DNA of 63,932 nucleotides, the filler included, from Octopus bimaculoides (Eukaryota): the NCBI RefSeq assembly GCF_001194135.2. It is 7 parts of 6 records of this genome, joined end to end, with 100 filler letters (N's around TTAATTAATTAA, not from the genome) between each part and the next. Parts side by side here need not be neighbours in the genome. Positions count along the whole stretch, not along the records: positions 1 to 27,486 come from NC_069001.1; 6 more parts are not named here. One strand, given 5' to 3'. The position numbers and the translations under genes were made by a program. Below the pieces are notes generated by a model, which did not search any database, had not been told where the DNA came from, and was given only the letters and a program-made list of their open reading frames with translations. Position 1 is the first letter of the stretch. Each line of letters begins with the position of its first letter. Below are positions 1 to 12,565 of the stretch, piece by piece.

Positions 1-575
1 AAGTAGTTGTATGCTGTCAACTTAATGTGACAGTCCCCTGAAGGGAATAATACCACTGTTGGTTAGACCTAGGAAGCTGCATCGCTTCCTGTCAGCCTTG
101 ACACATTTCCTGTGTCCTTATGTTTACAAGGATGCAGGCTTAGCTGGGTAGAGGTGCTTGTCTCCCTCTTTCTGGGTCAGGGCTGAGGGTATTGTGTGAG
201 ATACGGTATCCAAGAAAGTCAAGAGTTGTTGTTGAGTAAACGCATTTGTCTTCATTCATGGTAAGCCCTTTACTTTTTGCTACCATTTCAAATTTTTCTA
301 AATTTTTATCGTGGTCATTTTGATCTTTTCCATATATGGTCAAATTGTCTCGCAGCTTGTATTTACTCATGAAGTCGTCCATTATCCATTGGAAACATGC
401 TCTGCCGTTAGTTACTCCGAGTGGCATCCTGGTATAATGCCATAATTTACCATCAGCTTCAAAGGCAGTGAACTGACGGTCTTTCTCTGATAGAGGAATC
501 TGATGGTATGCTGAACGTAAGCCTATAGTACTGTAGACTTTATACTTGGCGATAGTGTTCACTAAGTCATTGGTT
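1..575 (-). mobile_element. Ty3/gypsy LTR-retrotransposon reverse transcriptase fragment (decayed)
   Basis: ORF 140-697 contains STIGLRSAYHQIPL, FEADGKLWHYTRMPLGVTNG and TTLDFLGYRISHNTLSPDPER, typical gypsy RT motifs. The YxDD region is damaged and the 5' side is cut by a SINE at ~575. Confidence 0.8.
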
Positions 576-665
576 GACCCAGGGCTTGATAGAAGACACC
601 TTGCTCCAGGTGCTGCACAGTGGGGCTGAACCTCAAACCATGTGGTTGCAAAGCAAGTTTCATAA

Positions 666-697
<32 letters not shown>

Positions 698-1908
698 GTA
701 GGAAACTCCTGGTGCTCAGACACTTTAGTCATTGTGAAATATTTGCAATAATATATAAATGCTAGGTTTACATTTTATGTTTGTCAATGTGTCAGAGGAA
801 TTCAGTTCAGACCAGCAGTTGGTGTCAGTAGAAAGGTCAGATGAGGTCACCAAGTAGACACTGATGGACATATCTGATCATTTAATTGACCATGTGTTAA
901 GACAGATTATTTTAGCCCTTGTACTAGGAAACAAGGATTCACCTTTAGGGATTGTAAAATACCTTTTTTCTTTTTCTGAAAATTGTTGATGACACATTGA
1001 GCATATATATATGCATGTATGTATGTGTGTGTATATATATATAAATATATATATATATGTATGTGTTTGTATATATGCATGGTCATAATGTCTTACGTTT
1101 AAGATGATTCCCATGCTTTCCCTGATGAGAAGGTTACAATTTTAATATCAAAGATCCCTATGGATCACACAGGTTGTAATCCTTTGAAACATATGTAGGA
1201 ATAAAGTATGCAATTATAACATGCGTTTTCTCCAATCCTTAAATTCTTAAATATACTCAATACCCAAAATTTCAAGGAGTTCCTGCCTTAAAAACAGGAG
1301 CTAACCACAGTTATTTTGTGTTTTTTGCTACATTGGTTTCTATTAACCCATTTATTCTATCAGAAGAATTTTTATTCATTAAGATAGAAGAAATACACAT
1401 AATTATNNNNNNNNNNNNNNNNNNNNNNNNNNNNNNNNNNNNNNNNNNNNNNNNNNNNNNNNNNNNNNNNNNNNNNNNNNNNNNNNNNNNNNNNNNNNNN
1501 NNNNNNNNNNNNNNNNNNNNNNNNNNNNNNNNNNNNNNNNNNNNNNNNNNNNNNNNNNNNNNNNNNNNNNNNNNNNNNNNNNNNNNNNNNNNNNNNNNNN
1601 NNNNNNNNNNNNNNNNNNNNNNNNNNNNNNNNNNNNNNNNNNNNNNNNNNNNNNNNNNNNNNNNNNNNNNNNNNNNNNNNNNNNNNNNNNNNNNNNNNNN
1701 NNNNNNNNNNNNNNNNNNNNNNNNNNNNNNNNNNNNNNNNNNNNNNNNNNNNNNNNNNNNNNNNNNNNNNNNNNNNNNNNNNNNNNNNNNNNNNNNNNNN
1801 NNNNNNNNNNNNNNNNNNNNNNNNNNNNNNNNNNNNNNNNNNNNNNNNNNNNNNNNNNNNNNNNNNNNNNNNNNNNNNNNNNNNNNNNNNNNNNNNNNNN
1901 NNNNNNNN

Positions 1909-1948
<40 letters not shown>

Positions 1949-2085
1949 GCATGCATATATGTGTGTGTGTTTATATATGCATATATGTATGTGTGTGTGT
2001 AGACATGCCTGTATGTATGTGTGTGAGTATATATATATATATGCATGTATATATTTTCAAATTTTCGTCGTATATATATATCCCC

Positions 2086-2252
2086 CCATCGCATGACAAC
2101 TGTTGGTGTGTTTACGACTCCGTAACTTAGCGGTTCGGCAAAAAAAAACCCCAATATAATTAGAATAAGTCCTGGGGTCGATTTGCTCGACTAAAAGCGG
2201 TGTTCCAGCATGGCCGCAGTTAAATGACTGAAACAAGTAAAAGAATAAAAGA
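2086..2252 (-). mobile_element. SINE family 2 copy (others at ~6422-6605 +, ~8768-8970 +, ~51000-51185 +)
   Basis: Repeated consensus TACTCTTTTACTTGTTTCAGTCAT..GCGGCCATGCTGGAGCACCGCC..GCCGAACCGCTAAGTTACGGGG..GGTTGTCAAGCGATG. Confidence 0.75.
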
Positions 2253-2597
2253 ATGTACACATACATGTATATGTAAATGTGTGTGTGTGTGTATGTATGT
2301 ATTGTCCTCGTTGCATAAATCAGCTCTTATTATCACCGGGCATGTTTCAGGCCTGTCACCGGCAAGAGAGGTAACTAAGAGTTTATTGACTGATAATCCA
2401 CAAAGTTTCTTTCCTCTTAAGTTTTCTTTATCCTAAATATTATGAATACATTAAGGCACCACCGCCCTGTCCATGTCTTCTAATCTTACACTACACTATT
2501 CGCTTATTCGAACCCACACCCACATATTTCCTCATTTTACACTAGTAAACCCCTTGATTTTCTGACTCTTCCAGTGATTCTTCATTGATGTTTCCAG

Positions 2598-2698
2598 ATG
2601 GAAATCTATGGACAACACACCCAATGCAATATTTTCCATCTTCCCCCAGAAACTCTTATTCATATATTTTCATATTTTGATTTTAAAGATTTAATCAG
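2598..2698 (+). CDS. FBXO3: FBXO3 coding exon 1 (MEIYGQHTQCNIFHLPPETLIHIFSYFDFKDLIR)
   Basis: ATG at 2598 directly after ttccag; donor AG|GTAAGA at 2699; F-box LP..L..IFS motif. Confidence 0.85.
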
Positions 2699-3166
2699 GT
2701 AAGAATTCGACCTTTTCGTTGCTATTTTTGGTTTTTCTGCAAACTGCTGCATTGCTTAATAATTTCTTTCGTTCTGTTTGCCTGTTATTCTTCATATAAT
2801 ATTCTATACAAGAAGACACTGTCCTAATTAAGCTTATTTGTTTATTATCAAACGTATGTCTCGGCTATTCTACAATATTTAGGAAATTCTGAATTGTAGT
2901 AATACCACGTTCGTCTAGTTTGAAATGAATCTATTGCAGCGCAATATTTTTTCCTTTTGGACATATATCTAATATAACAAATATCTAATTAACCATCCGC
3001 ATAATTTTTTTTCGGGTCAATGATACTGCTATTACGCGGTTACACACCGTTTTAAGAAAATAACTGACAACTATTGAAATCGTACACAGAAGACGTTAAA
3101 CAGGAATGAAACATTGGAAAATGGAGTTCGAGATAAATTCTTTGAAAAACTAAAGAAGGGATGCTC

Positions 3167-3220
<54 letters not shown>

Positions 3221-4375
3221 TGTGTTTTGTGAATTTATGGAAAGGTATCCCATAGAACCTTCCAAAATAAAAGGACGAAATATAATTCAACCTTTTCACA
3301 CACACACATATATATTTACACTTATTTGTGTGTTTGTCTATATACATACACACACATATTTGTATATATAGATATGTATGTATTTATATTCATAAGTGCA
3401 TATCTATATTGATGGTGTTTAAATGTTAACCATTGAAATAATTGTAGAACTTAGAAATTATAAATCAAAATCTGTTATTTTACTATCTCATCATCATTTG
3501 ACATGTTTTCCATTTGTGTCTGTTTGTCCTGACATTGCACAATAATTGTTAACAAGCATCACCTTCATAGAATCAGTGTCCTTCATTTCCAACCTTGTTA
3601 AATATGTTTGGCTATGAGGAGATAATAGGGTAAAGACCCCCTTTGGGTCTAGAAAGTTCCCTTCCAAAGCACAAGTCCAGACAAGGTTGTTTATGGAAGA
3701 CCATCAGTCACCCATGCATGCCAGTCTCCCCTCTCTATACCACCAATGTTATCCAAAGGAAAACATTTTGTCTATATATATTCACTAGCTGCAACGGTGT
3801 ATATTGTTGTTTCATATTGTAGGTGTTGCAAAGTGTGTAGACGTTTCTATGATATTCATTTTGATGATTTGCTATGGAAAAGATTTTGCTACCAAAATTT
3901 TCTTGAAGAAACGTAAGTCATGTTTTTTACCATTTATTTCTTACTAAAACAGTAATTCCTAAGATTGTGTAAAATATGTCTCCTCGTACGGATTATGTAA
4001 TGTATGATTGATTGAATGAATGTGGTTATTAAGCTTCCACTTTTATCTTATACTAAGGAAGACAGTAGGGAATATAATTTTTGTATGACTTAATGGATTG
4101 GTCACTGTTTAGTTACGTATTTAGGAGTTGGTTGTAATTAACTTATTGAATTCATTTCCCAATACTGTTGTACAAAGGGTAAATGTGTTTGAGAGGGTGG
4201 TTTCTTTGTTCCCAAGTAACATTTATTTTAGTGCTGTTGACACCATTGGATTGAATGGTACTGCTCAGGTGTCGAAACCATAATGAAATCCGTGGGGCAG
4301 CTGATGATGGTGGTATGTTGGATTGTTGGCATGGCTTTTATTGTATGTGCAGAATAGTTTTATAAGACATCCTTT

Positions 4376-4419
<44 letters not shown>

Positions 4420-6226
4420 TGTATTTAGCTGTCCTCTGTATCACACAGACTGTAATGTTCTATTTTGTACTTAAAATTTCTACTATTCTGCATTTAAAAG
4501 TTACATTGTACATTGGTTTTTTTTTTTTTTCTTGTGCCTGCAGATGTCCTGAGAATGTCTCCTGGAGAAGTTTCTTCAAAAAACTCTACATAAAAGATGG
4601 CAAATATCTACCGGTTTATAAACAAATCAAGCGAGCTTGGAGAACCATTGAGAATTATATAGAAACAAATGTACCTCTCTTGAAAAATTCCTTGGCTGGT
4701 AAGTATACATCCATTCATGTGTGTGTGTGTGTGAGATCATTTAACTTCCACTTTTCCATCCTTGCAAATGGAATTTGTTGAGGCTGGTTTTTCTTTGGCC
4801 AGATGCCCTGTTCCAGTTGCCAAACTACTCTTGTTCCCAAACACCCGTGCTGGTGTCACGTATTAAGCACCCATGCTGGTGCCACATAAAAATAACATCC
4901 AGTACACTCTGTAAAGTGGTTGGTGTTAGGAAGGGCATCCAACTGTAGAAACCATGCCACAACAGACAATTGGAGCCTGGTGCAGCTCTCCAACCTTGCC
5001 AGCTCCTGTCAAATCATCCAACCCATTCCAGCATGGAAAACGGATGTTAAATGCTGCTGATGATGATGGTGAGACTCTGTGGAAGCCATCATGTGTGTGT
5101 GTGTGTGTGTCTGATTTGGCATGGTTTCTATAGCTGGATGCTATTCCTTATGCCAACCACTTAACGGAGTGTACTAGGTGCTTCTATGTGGTACTGCATG
5201 GGTGCTTTTGTGTGGCACCATGTAGGCGCTTTTACATGGCATCACATGGGTGCTTTTACATGTCACTGCAGGGTACTTTCATGTGGTGCTTTATGTGTGC
5301 TTTTATGTGGCACCACCCACCATGTGTACTTTACACCACCACAAGGATCGTTTTTAACACTTCTGCTGGGGCGGGGGGCACGGAACTTCTTTAGTATTGA
5401 TACCAGGCTCCAGGTATCACAGTCATTTGTCATCTCGCCTACTATCTTCACTCGCAAAGTATTGGTTGGCCTGGAGCTAGGGTAGAAGACATTTTCCCAA
5501 GGTGCTGTACAGTAGGACTGAACCCAAACTCACACGGTTGCAAAGCGAGCTTCTTAACTGCACAGCCATGCCTGGCAGTTCTTGCTTTATTACTGTTTCT
5601 ATAAGTTCTTAATAATTGTTGTAGGTCCAGCTGGAGAGAAGGAACTTGCTGAAGCTGAAGAATACTTTGGATGTTCCCTACCGAAAGATCTAAGATGCTC
5701 CCTCAGCTTTCACAATGGAGAATCCCTAACAGAATATCTTGGGTAAGTAATTGTCGTTTGTAATTTAGATATAAACCCAGCGAATATTTTATGGGAGTGA
5801 ATTAGTTAATTACATCGACTCCCAGAACTTGACTGGTTATTTTGTTTCCTTCACCCCAGAAGGATAAAAGGCAAAATTGATTTCAGCAGGGTTTGAAATC
5901 AGAATGTAAAACCCCATAACTAAATACTAGAAAGCATTTTGTCCAACAATTTGACCATTGTCAGTCCATCACCCTACATGCCTATCTACTGCCATTGGTC
6001 AGAAGTAGTAGTAGTAGTTACAATCCTTTCTACTAAAGGCACAAGGCCTGAAATTTGCAGGCAGGGGATTAGTTGATTACATCGACCCCAGTGTTTCACT
6101 GGTACTTAATTTATTGACCCCGGAAGGATGAAAGGCAAAGTTGACCTCAGAATGTAGCGATGGGTGAAATACCGCTGAGCATTTCATCCAGCACACTAAC
6201 AATTCTGCCAGCTCACTGCCTTCTTG

Positions 6227-6258
<32 letters not shown>

Positions 6259-9200
6259 TCTGTGTACCAAATCTTTTTGCAAGGCTTTGGTTGGCCTGGG
6301 GCTTTCATTGGACTTTTCATGGCTACAGTCTTGGGCCAGCTGCATAGTTTGCCAGCCCACGTGCAGGATATTTTTATGAGACAACCAGTGTTGGTGTGTT
6401 TACATCCCCATAACTTAGCAGTTTACTCTTTTACTTGTTTCAGTAATTTGGCTGTGGCCATACTGGAGCACCGCCTTTAGTCGAGCAAATCAACCCCAGG
6501 ACTTATTCTTTGTAAGCCTAGTACTTATTCTATCGGTCTGTTTTGCCGAACCGCTAAGTTACGGGGGACATAAACACACCAGCATCGGTTGTCAAGCGAT
6601 GTTGGAGGGAAGTTTGATAAAATAATATTTCAGGCACAAAGGCCCATCTTCAGAAGAAAAGAACAGTCTAAAAAAAGAAGTTCAGTTAGTTAGGATCCAT
6701 TCAAATTTGTGCCTGAAATATTATTTTATCAAACTTCCCTTGTTGTCAAGAGCTGTCTATTTTCTCTCTTTTTAAATTTCAAAATATGTTTGTTATGGCA
6801 ATGTATCTCTGTCTCTTTCCAGAGTTTTGGGAATGGTACAAATAGCTGACCATGCAGTCTGTGAGAAACTTCTTCCACTAGCTGCTATAAGGTTGAGTTA
6901 TGCGGTAAGAGTTAACTTCTTTATTGATGTTTTTTCCTCATCATCATTGTCATCATTTTAATGTTCAATTGGAGGAAGATTGTTTATGGCTGGATGCCCT
7001 TCCTGTCACCAACCCTCACCTGTTTCCATCTAAGGTAATATTTCCCCCCCAGGGCCAGACATGTTTACATGGCAGATTGGAAATGGATTCTGCTTGTACA
7101 ATGGTAACAACTATCACAAGATGTCAAAACAAGAAGACACCATCTCTCTCTCTCTCACACTCATCCATGTGAGGAAGCCATGTATTCACCTCTTCATGAA
7201 CCCTTGCATGTTTCCAAGTGAAGTAATATTATCCCGTGGCCAAAAATGTTGCCACGGAAGCCAAACAAAGGAACTGCTTCCAACATGGTAGCATTCATTT
7301 ACAACTGTCATATGATGTCAAGGCAAGGAGACTGGCACACACGCACACACATATACACACATGATGAGCTTCTTTCAGTTTCCATCTACCAACTCCACAC
7401 TTGAGGCTTTGCTCAGCCTGGGGCTATAGCTGAGGACATTTACCCAAGGTGCACCCCAGAACCATATGATTGGAAAGCAAACTTCTCAACCTCACAGCCA
7501 TGCCTGCACCTATATAAATGTAATTACCAATATTTCTAATGACTTGTAGGCACACAGTATTTCGTTATGCAACCATAATTTGTTCCAAAGTATATTAAAC
7601 ATTTTCATAAGCCAATACCGTGTACTGCTGTGTTAGCAGTGCTCTTAAACCATGTGTTACAGTCAAAAATATGTAGAAATGACCGTAACACAATATTTCC
7701 AATAATCTTTCTTGTTTATTCTCTCTCTTTCTGATGCCATCTTTGCTTTAGGAACGTGGGATGCTTCGTGGATGTTGCCAAATCACTGATTGTTCCAGGT
7801 CGAATGTCTGCCAGTATCTGGTGATCTCTGATAAGTGTGACATGCCAGTCGGCACCATCTTCTACCATGTCCATTATGTACAACGAGGGAATGTATTTAT
7901 TTCAGGTAAGAGTAGCATTGTTTAGATCAATGGTTCTTATGACCTTTGGGGGTCCATATATGACATTGTCATTAAAATTTATCTGCAATAAATTAGTTAT
8001 GATCCTACAATACACAAAATATTTTAAGAAATATTTTTATAGAATTTGTAATGATATTTAATTACAAAAGTATAAGTGAACTTTTTTGAAGATCAAATAG
8101 CGACAAGGGTCTCATCCCCTGAGTAAAATAGTTCCTGTCTAACTGTCCAGCTATTGCCAGGATCAAAAACGGAAGCTTAATAATAATGATTTCAAATTTT
8201 TGCATGAGGCCAGCAAGTTTAGGAGAGGGATGAGGTTGATTATATTGACCCCAGTGCTCAAAAGGGGTGAAAGGCAAAGTTGAGCTTGGCAGAATTCGAA
8301 CTCAGTAATTGTCCCAGCATGCTAACAATTCTGTCAGCTCACTGCCTTAATAATAATAATGATCATGACGACTACTATTATTATAATTTATGATAAGGCT
8401 CCTACATATTTTTCATCTTCCAAGTTCACTCACAAGGCAACTATTGGCTCCAAGCTTTAGTAGAAAAACCCTTGCTGCCCAAGGTGCCATGCTGAGAGAT
8501 TGAACCATAAATCTTGTGGTTGTAAAGGAAGCTTCTGAACTGCACAGCCACACCTGTTCCTCTGAAGCAAAATTATAAATTTTTTTTAAACCTTAACAAC
8601 AAAGATATTTCTTTTTATGTCTGTTTTAAATGATTTTTTAAAACTTTATTTCTCTTGTCAGCAAACTCCTATCTCCAGTGGCTCACACAATTTGCAGAGA
8701 CCTTGCAAAACGGTTGCTTCTCCATTATTGACAACAAAATGTATCGGTGAGTTACAACAATTACGTACTTTTCATTTTGCTTGTTTCACTCATTTGACTG
8801 TGGCCATGCTGGGGCATCACCTTGAAGAGTTTTAGTCAAACAAATCACCCCCAGGATTTAAAAATTTTTTCTTTATTTTTAATGCCTGGTACTTATTCTG
8901 TTGGTCTCTTTTGCCGAACCACTAAGTTACAAGGATGTAAACACACCAACACCGGTCGACAAGCGATGGTGAGAGACAAACACATATATATACAATGGGC
9001 TTCTTTCAGTTTCTGTCTACCAAATCCATTCACAAGGCTGTCATAAAAGACACTTGCTCAAGGTGCTATGTGGTGGGACTGAACCTGGAACCATGTAGTT
9101 GGTAAGCAAGCCACTTACCACTCAGGCAACTGTTTTGAAAACTTTTTTTTTTTTTGCATTTCCCTTCTATATCATTGAAACTATAGTTTNNNNNNNNNNT

Positions 9201-12031
9201 AAATGTTTTTTATTGCAATTGAATAGAAAAGGATAAATATGTTTGTTTTTCAGCAATCCCCATTTGGGACTTTTTGAAAAATTGATTGTTATTTCCCAAA
9301 TAATTCACACATGAAGAAAATTTAAATTCTACATATTATATAAACTCCTAAGACACTTAGCAAAGCCCAAAAAAATCTGAATAAAATAATTTGGCAGTTA
9401 ATGGGTTAATTTCATCAGAAATATTGCTTTGTAAGTTTTAAACAATTGCTTCAGTTATTATTATTATTATTTATTTATTTTTTTTTTTTCAGGTTTTACC
9501 ATGAACCTGGGACTGTTGCAGTGACTGATAACATGTTCTCTGTGAAAGTCAGCACTTGCTTCCACCCAGAACTCAGTATGATAAGCATGACAAGTCCACC
9601 AGAGTTTTTTTTCACATATCGCATCACGTAAGTCTCTCTCTCTTTCTCTGTTATATAATTGGCTGAAATTTTCAAAAGAATATAAAATCTGCAACGAGGA
9701 TGGTAATATGGAGCAGTTGTTCCTACATTGATGAATAATCTAGCAGACAACAGTTAGGTTGGTTAGAATTAAACTGAATAGAATTCAGTTGAGAAGATTG
9801 CTTTTTTAATTTTATTTTACTGGGAATTATGAGAAGACTTTTTTTTATAAACATTCTTTTATTTGTTTCAGTTACTAGGCTGCAACTATGCTGGGGTGAA
9901 TTTTTGTCAGAGGCAAGGTGGCACATAAAAGAACCTTTTGAGTGTTGGGCCTCAGAGTCCACGACAAATGACTGCGACCTTTGGCAATATGTTGTGCTTC
10001 AGAAGACGCATCAAGCCAAGTGAAATTGTAGTCGTGGCAGATACTGGTATCATGCAAATGGCATGTAAAAGCACCCATTACACTCTCAGAGTGGCTGGCT
10101 TTAGGAAGGGCATCCAGCCATAGAAATCATGCCGAATCAGACTAGAGTCTGATTCCAGCTGTTAGCCCAGGTCAAACCTTGCAACCCATGCCAGCATGGA
10201 CACTAAATGATGATGATGAATCAACCCCAGTACTTATTCTATCAGTCTTTTTTTACTGAACTACTAAGCTACAGGGACATAAACAAACCAACGCTGTCTG
10301 TCAAGTGGCAGTGAAACATTTTGACCAGGTCTTGTGGGAAAGCATTTTTCTGTACCTGGGCATTGTGGAGAAGTGTTTATTTGCTCGACATTGCAAATAA
10401 ATTAACAATTACTGCACGGAAGACAAAAAAAAAACAAAGCACAAAAACTTTTAAGTGACGTCAATTCTTTCTGGTTTTTCAAAGGCTAATAATGTGTCCT
10501 TTGTGCTTTTATTACACAATCTCAGATGAGGTCACTTGTCTGGCAAGTGTATGCTGAACTAACAAAGCTCACAAATTTAGATGAGTTTTTTTTTTGTGCT
10601 GTGGGAAGACGAGGATATAATGAAAAACGTAATTGCTTTGGAAAGTCTGTCCACTGCTGCTAGGGATGAGGATGGTGGGGGAAATCACTGATTATTACAA
10701 CATTAAAAGACTGCCAGAACTCATGGGATCATCATCATCATGGTAATAGATGAGAGGGAGGTAAATCTTCATGACACTTCATACTTCCACCTACCAACAT
10801 CAAACTAGGGTCTCTGTCCATCATAATTTTAACATCCACTTTTCTATGCTTGCCTGGATCAGACAGAAATTGCTCAGGCAGATTTCTATGGCCAAGTGAC
10901 TTTCCTTTCGGCAATCCTTACCTGTTTCCAATCTTCTGTAAAAGAAAACACATTACCTTGTTTGGAATCAGGACTGGCATCCAGCTATAGAAAATCTGCT
11001 TCAATGAATTCCATCTGACACATGCAAGCATGGTAAAATAGGCGTTAAAACGATGACTTTTGTTCATAAACTCTTTTTCTTTGTTTCATAGGATGTCTAT
11101 GTTTGAAGACGCACCAAAATCTAAATCATGTCAATTAATCTCTCGGCATTGGATTAGCACTGATGAAAATGGAATGGAAGACCGAATCAGTGGACCAGGT
11201 GTTGTAGGTAAAGTAATCTTTCTTTCCTCATCATTTAACATCCGTTTTCCATCCTCACATGAGTCTGACCGGAGCTGGTAAACTCAGGGCTTGCACCAGG
11301 CTCAATTGTTTATTCTGGATTGGTCTATATGGTCAGATGACGCCCTTCCTTATGCCAACCATTTTACAGAATGTACTGGGTGGTTTCACGCAACGCCGGC
11401 ACTAGCATCAATTCTGCTGTGGTGGACATGTCTTGAGTACAGCAAAGGCACCAGATTTCTCAGCCTTTTGTCGTCTCCTTCGCAAGGCTCATCCAGCATT
11501 TGCCACTGTCTAAAGAAGCGGGCATGATACATCTCAATAATTAACGTTTGTCATCTTTCTAAACAATGAGTCTTTGCTTTTGTTACTGTCTGTTCAATCA
11601 TCAAAATTTCGGCCAGTTCATTAAAAATATACTTCGCTGAGGATAATCCTAACACTAAAACTATCTCTAGAGTTGTCTCCCCTACTTTCCGAGTCAGCCT
11701 TAACGACCACGCAATATTAAAAAAACAAAAATTGCCTTTGTAGGTAAATATCCTATAATGAGACCTGGAGTTGAATTTTCGTGGGTTAGCTGTGTCACCT
11801 TCAATACGACATATGGAAATATGGTGGGCTTTTTCACAATGCTCATCTATGCAACAGGTAAGTGATAATTTCTTTTAAATTCGAAACCTTTTCTTTTTCC
11901 GGTTTCTCTCTACCTCATATAAATCACTTCTCTTTTACTTGACAGATGAACTAATAAGAATCCAGTGTCCTCGCTTTCACATGAAGTGCCTCCCGTATAT
12001 CACAGAAGAAGAGAGAAAAAACCGATTATGA
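2598..12031 (+). CDS. FBXO3: F-box only protein 3-like (F-box + SMI1/KNR4-like + ApaG), 11 coding exons, 411 aa
   Basis: Exons 2598-2698, 3823-3912, 4544-4698, 5625-5742, 6823-6904, 7752-7905, 8662-8746, 9493-9627, 11092-11207, 11744-11857, 11946-12031. All introns are GT-AG with matching phases; total 1236 nt. Motifs: LPPETLIHIFSYFDFKDLIRCCKVCRRF..LLWKRFC (F-box), LPKDLRCSLSFHNGE, FFFTYRIT..CQLISRHW..GPGVVGKYP (ApaG), PRFHMKC. Confidence 0.92.
3823..3912 (+). CDS. FBXO3: FBXO3 coding exon 2 (CCKVCRRFYDIHFDDLLWKRFCYQNFLEE)
   Basis: ttgtag acceptor, AC|GTAAGT donor; C-terminal half of the F-box. Confidence 0.9.
4544..4698 (+). CDS. FBXO3: FBXO3 coding exon 3
   Basis: Poly-T/cag acceptor, G|GTAAGT donor; SWRSFF..YKQIKRAWRTIENYI. 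Confidence 0.9.
5470..5570 (-). mobile_element. tRNA-headed SINE family 3 copy (others ~575-625, 7400-7510, 8450-8555, 9045-9120, 53440-53600 +)
   Basis: GGCTGTG..GTTAAGAAGCTCGCTT..GGGTTCAGTCC..CACCTTGGG consensus with A/B-box-like motifs. Confidence 0.6.
5625..5742 (+). CDS. FBXO3: FBXO3 coding exon 4 (SMI1/KNR4-like start)
   Basis: GPAGEKELAEAEEYFGCSLPKDLRCSLSFHNGE; GG|GTAAGT donor. Confidence 0.9.
6823..6904 (+). CDS. FBXO3: FBXO3 coding exon 5
   Basis: tttccag acceptor, GCG|GTAAGA donor; VLGMVQIADHAVCEKLLPL. Confidence 0.85.
7752..7905 (+). CDS. FBXO3: FBXO3 coding exon 6
   Basis: gctttag acceptor, G|GTAAGA donor; in frame ERGMLRGCCQITDCSRSNVCQYLVI. Confidence 0.82.
8662..8746 (+). CDS. 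FBXO3: FBXO3 coding exon 7
   Basis: cttgtcag acceptor, CG|GTGAGT donor; NSYLQWLTQFAETLQNGCFSIIDNKMYR. Confidence 0.85.
9493..9627 (+). CDS. FBXO3: FBXO3 coding exon 8 (ApaG start)
   Basis: FYHEPGTVAVTD..VKVSTCFHPELS..FFFTYRIT; AC|GTAAGT donor. Confidence 0.92.
11092..11207 (+). CDS. FBXO3: FBXO3 coding exon 9 (ApaG)
   Basis: SCQLISRHWISTDENGMEDRISGPGVVG; G|GTAAAG donor. Confidence 0.92.
11744..11857 (+). CDS. FBXO3: FBXO3 coding exon 10 (ApaG)
   Basis: KYPIMRPGVEFSWVSCVTFNTTYGNMVGFFTM; G|GTAAGT donor. Confidence 0.9.
11946..12031 (+). CDS. FBXO3: FBXO3 terminal coding exon
   Basis: ttgacag acceptor; ELIRIQCPRFHMKCLPYITEEERKNRL then TGA at 12029-12031. Confidence 0.88.
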
Positions 12032-12525
12032 ATCCTGTTCATTTCAAAACTCAATTTCATTTCATTAAATTACTAAAATGTTTATATACTAACTTGACAG
12101 TTGAATTTTTCTTTATGAACACATATGTAATTATAAACTTTTTTCATGCCAAAACGTAGTAAAACTCTGAAGGTCAACCAAATATAATAGGGCCACTTCC
12201 AAGATAGAGTACGCCAATAGAAATATGGTAGCAAAAAGGCATGACCTGCACTGAAGCTGCTAACCCTTTCACTGTGAAAGAGACATACAAATCCACCCCT
12301 TTCTGAACACTATAAATACTGGGCACCCACACGTCTTCCTTTCCATGCCCACCCACCCCAATGTCGATCACTTTCAAAAAAGCACATTAATGTAACTAGT
12401 TACACCAAAATACTATTTCTATAGACTTTGGTCAATGAATCTTCCCACCTGGACTGGATTTGAGAAACCGACACAGAGGTTTTAAAAAGAAATAAAACAA
12501 AACAAGAAACAAATTCTCTTTCACA

Positions 12526-12531
12526 TTTATT
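12526..12531 (-). promoter_or_regulatory. Polyadenylation signal AATAAA of RPL36A
   Basis: AATAAA 13 nt downstream of the stop codon, consistent with the short 3' UTRs of ribosomal protein genes. Confidence 0.7.
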
Positions 12532-12544
12532 CCTAAGAAACACT

Positions 12545-12565
12545 TTAAAATTGAATCATCTGGCC
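12545..12565 (-). CDS. RPL36A: RPL36A terminal exon (GQMIQF*)
   Basis: ctttcgtttcag|GGC CAG ATG ATT CAA TTT TAA on the minus strand. Confidence 0.93.
   Translation of the reverse strand, partial: GQMIQF

Noticed and set aside
4262-4315. GAAAC and CTGATGA close together (hammerhead-like)
   Set aside because: No stem III or NUH cleavage triplet, and the CTGATGATG is microsatellite-like.
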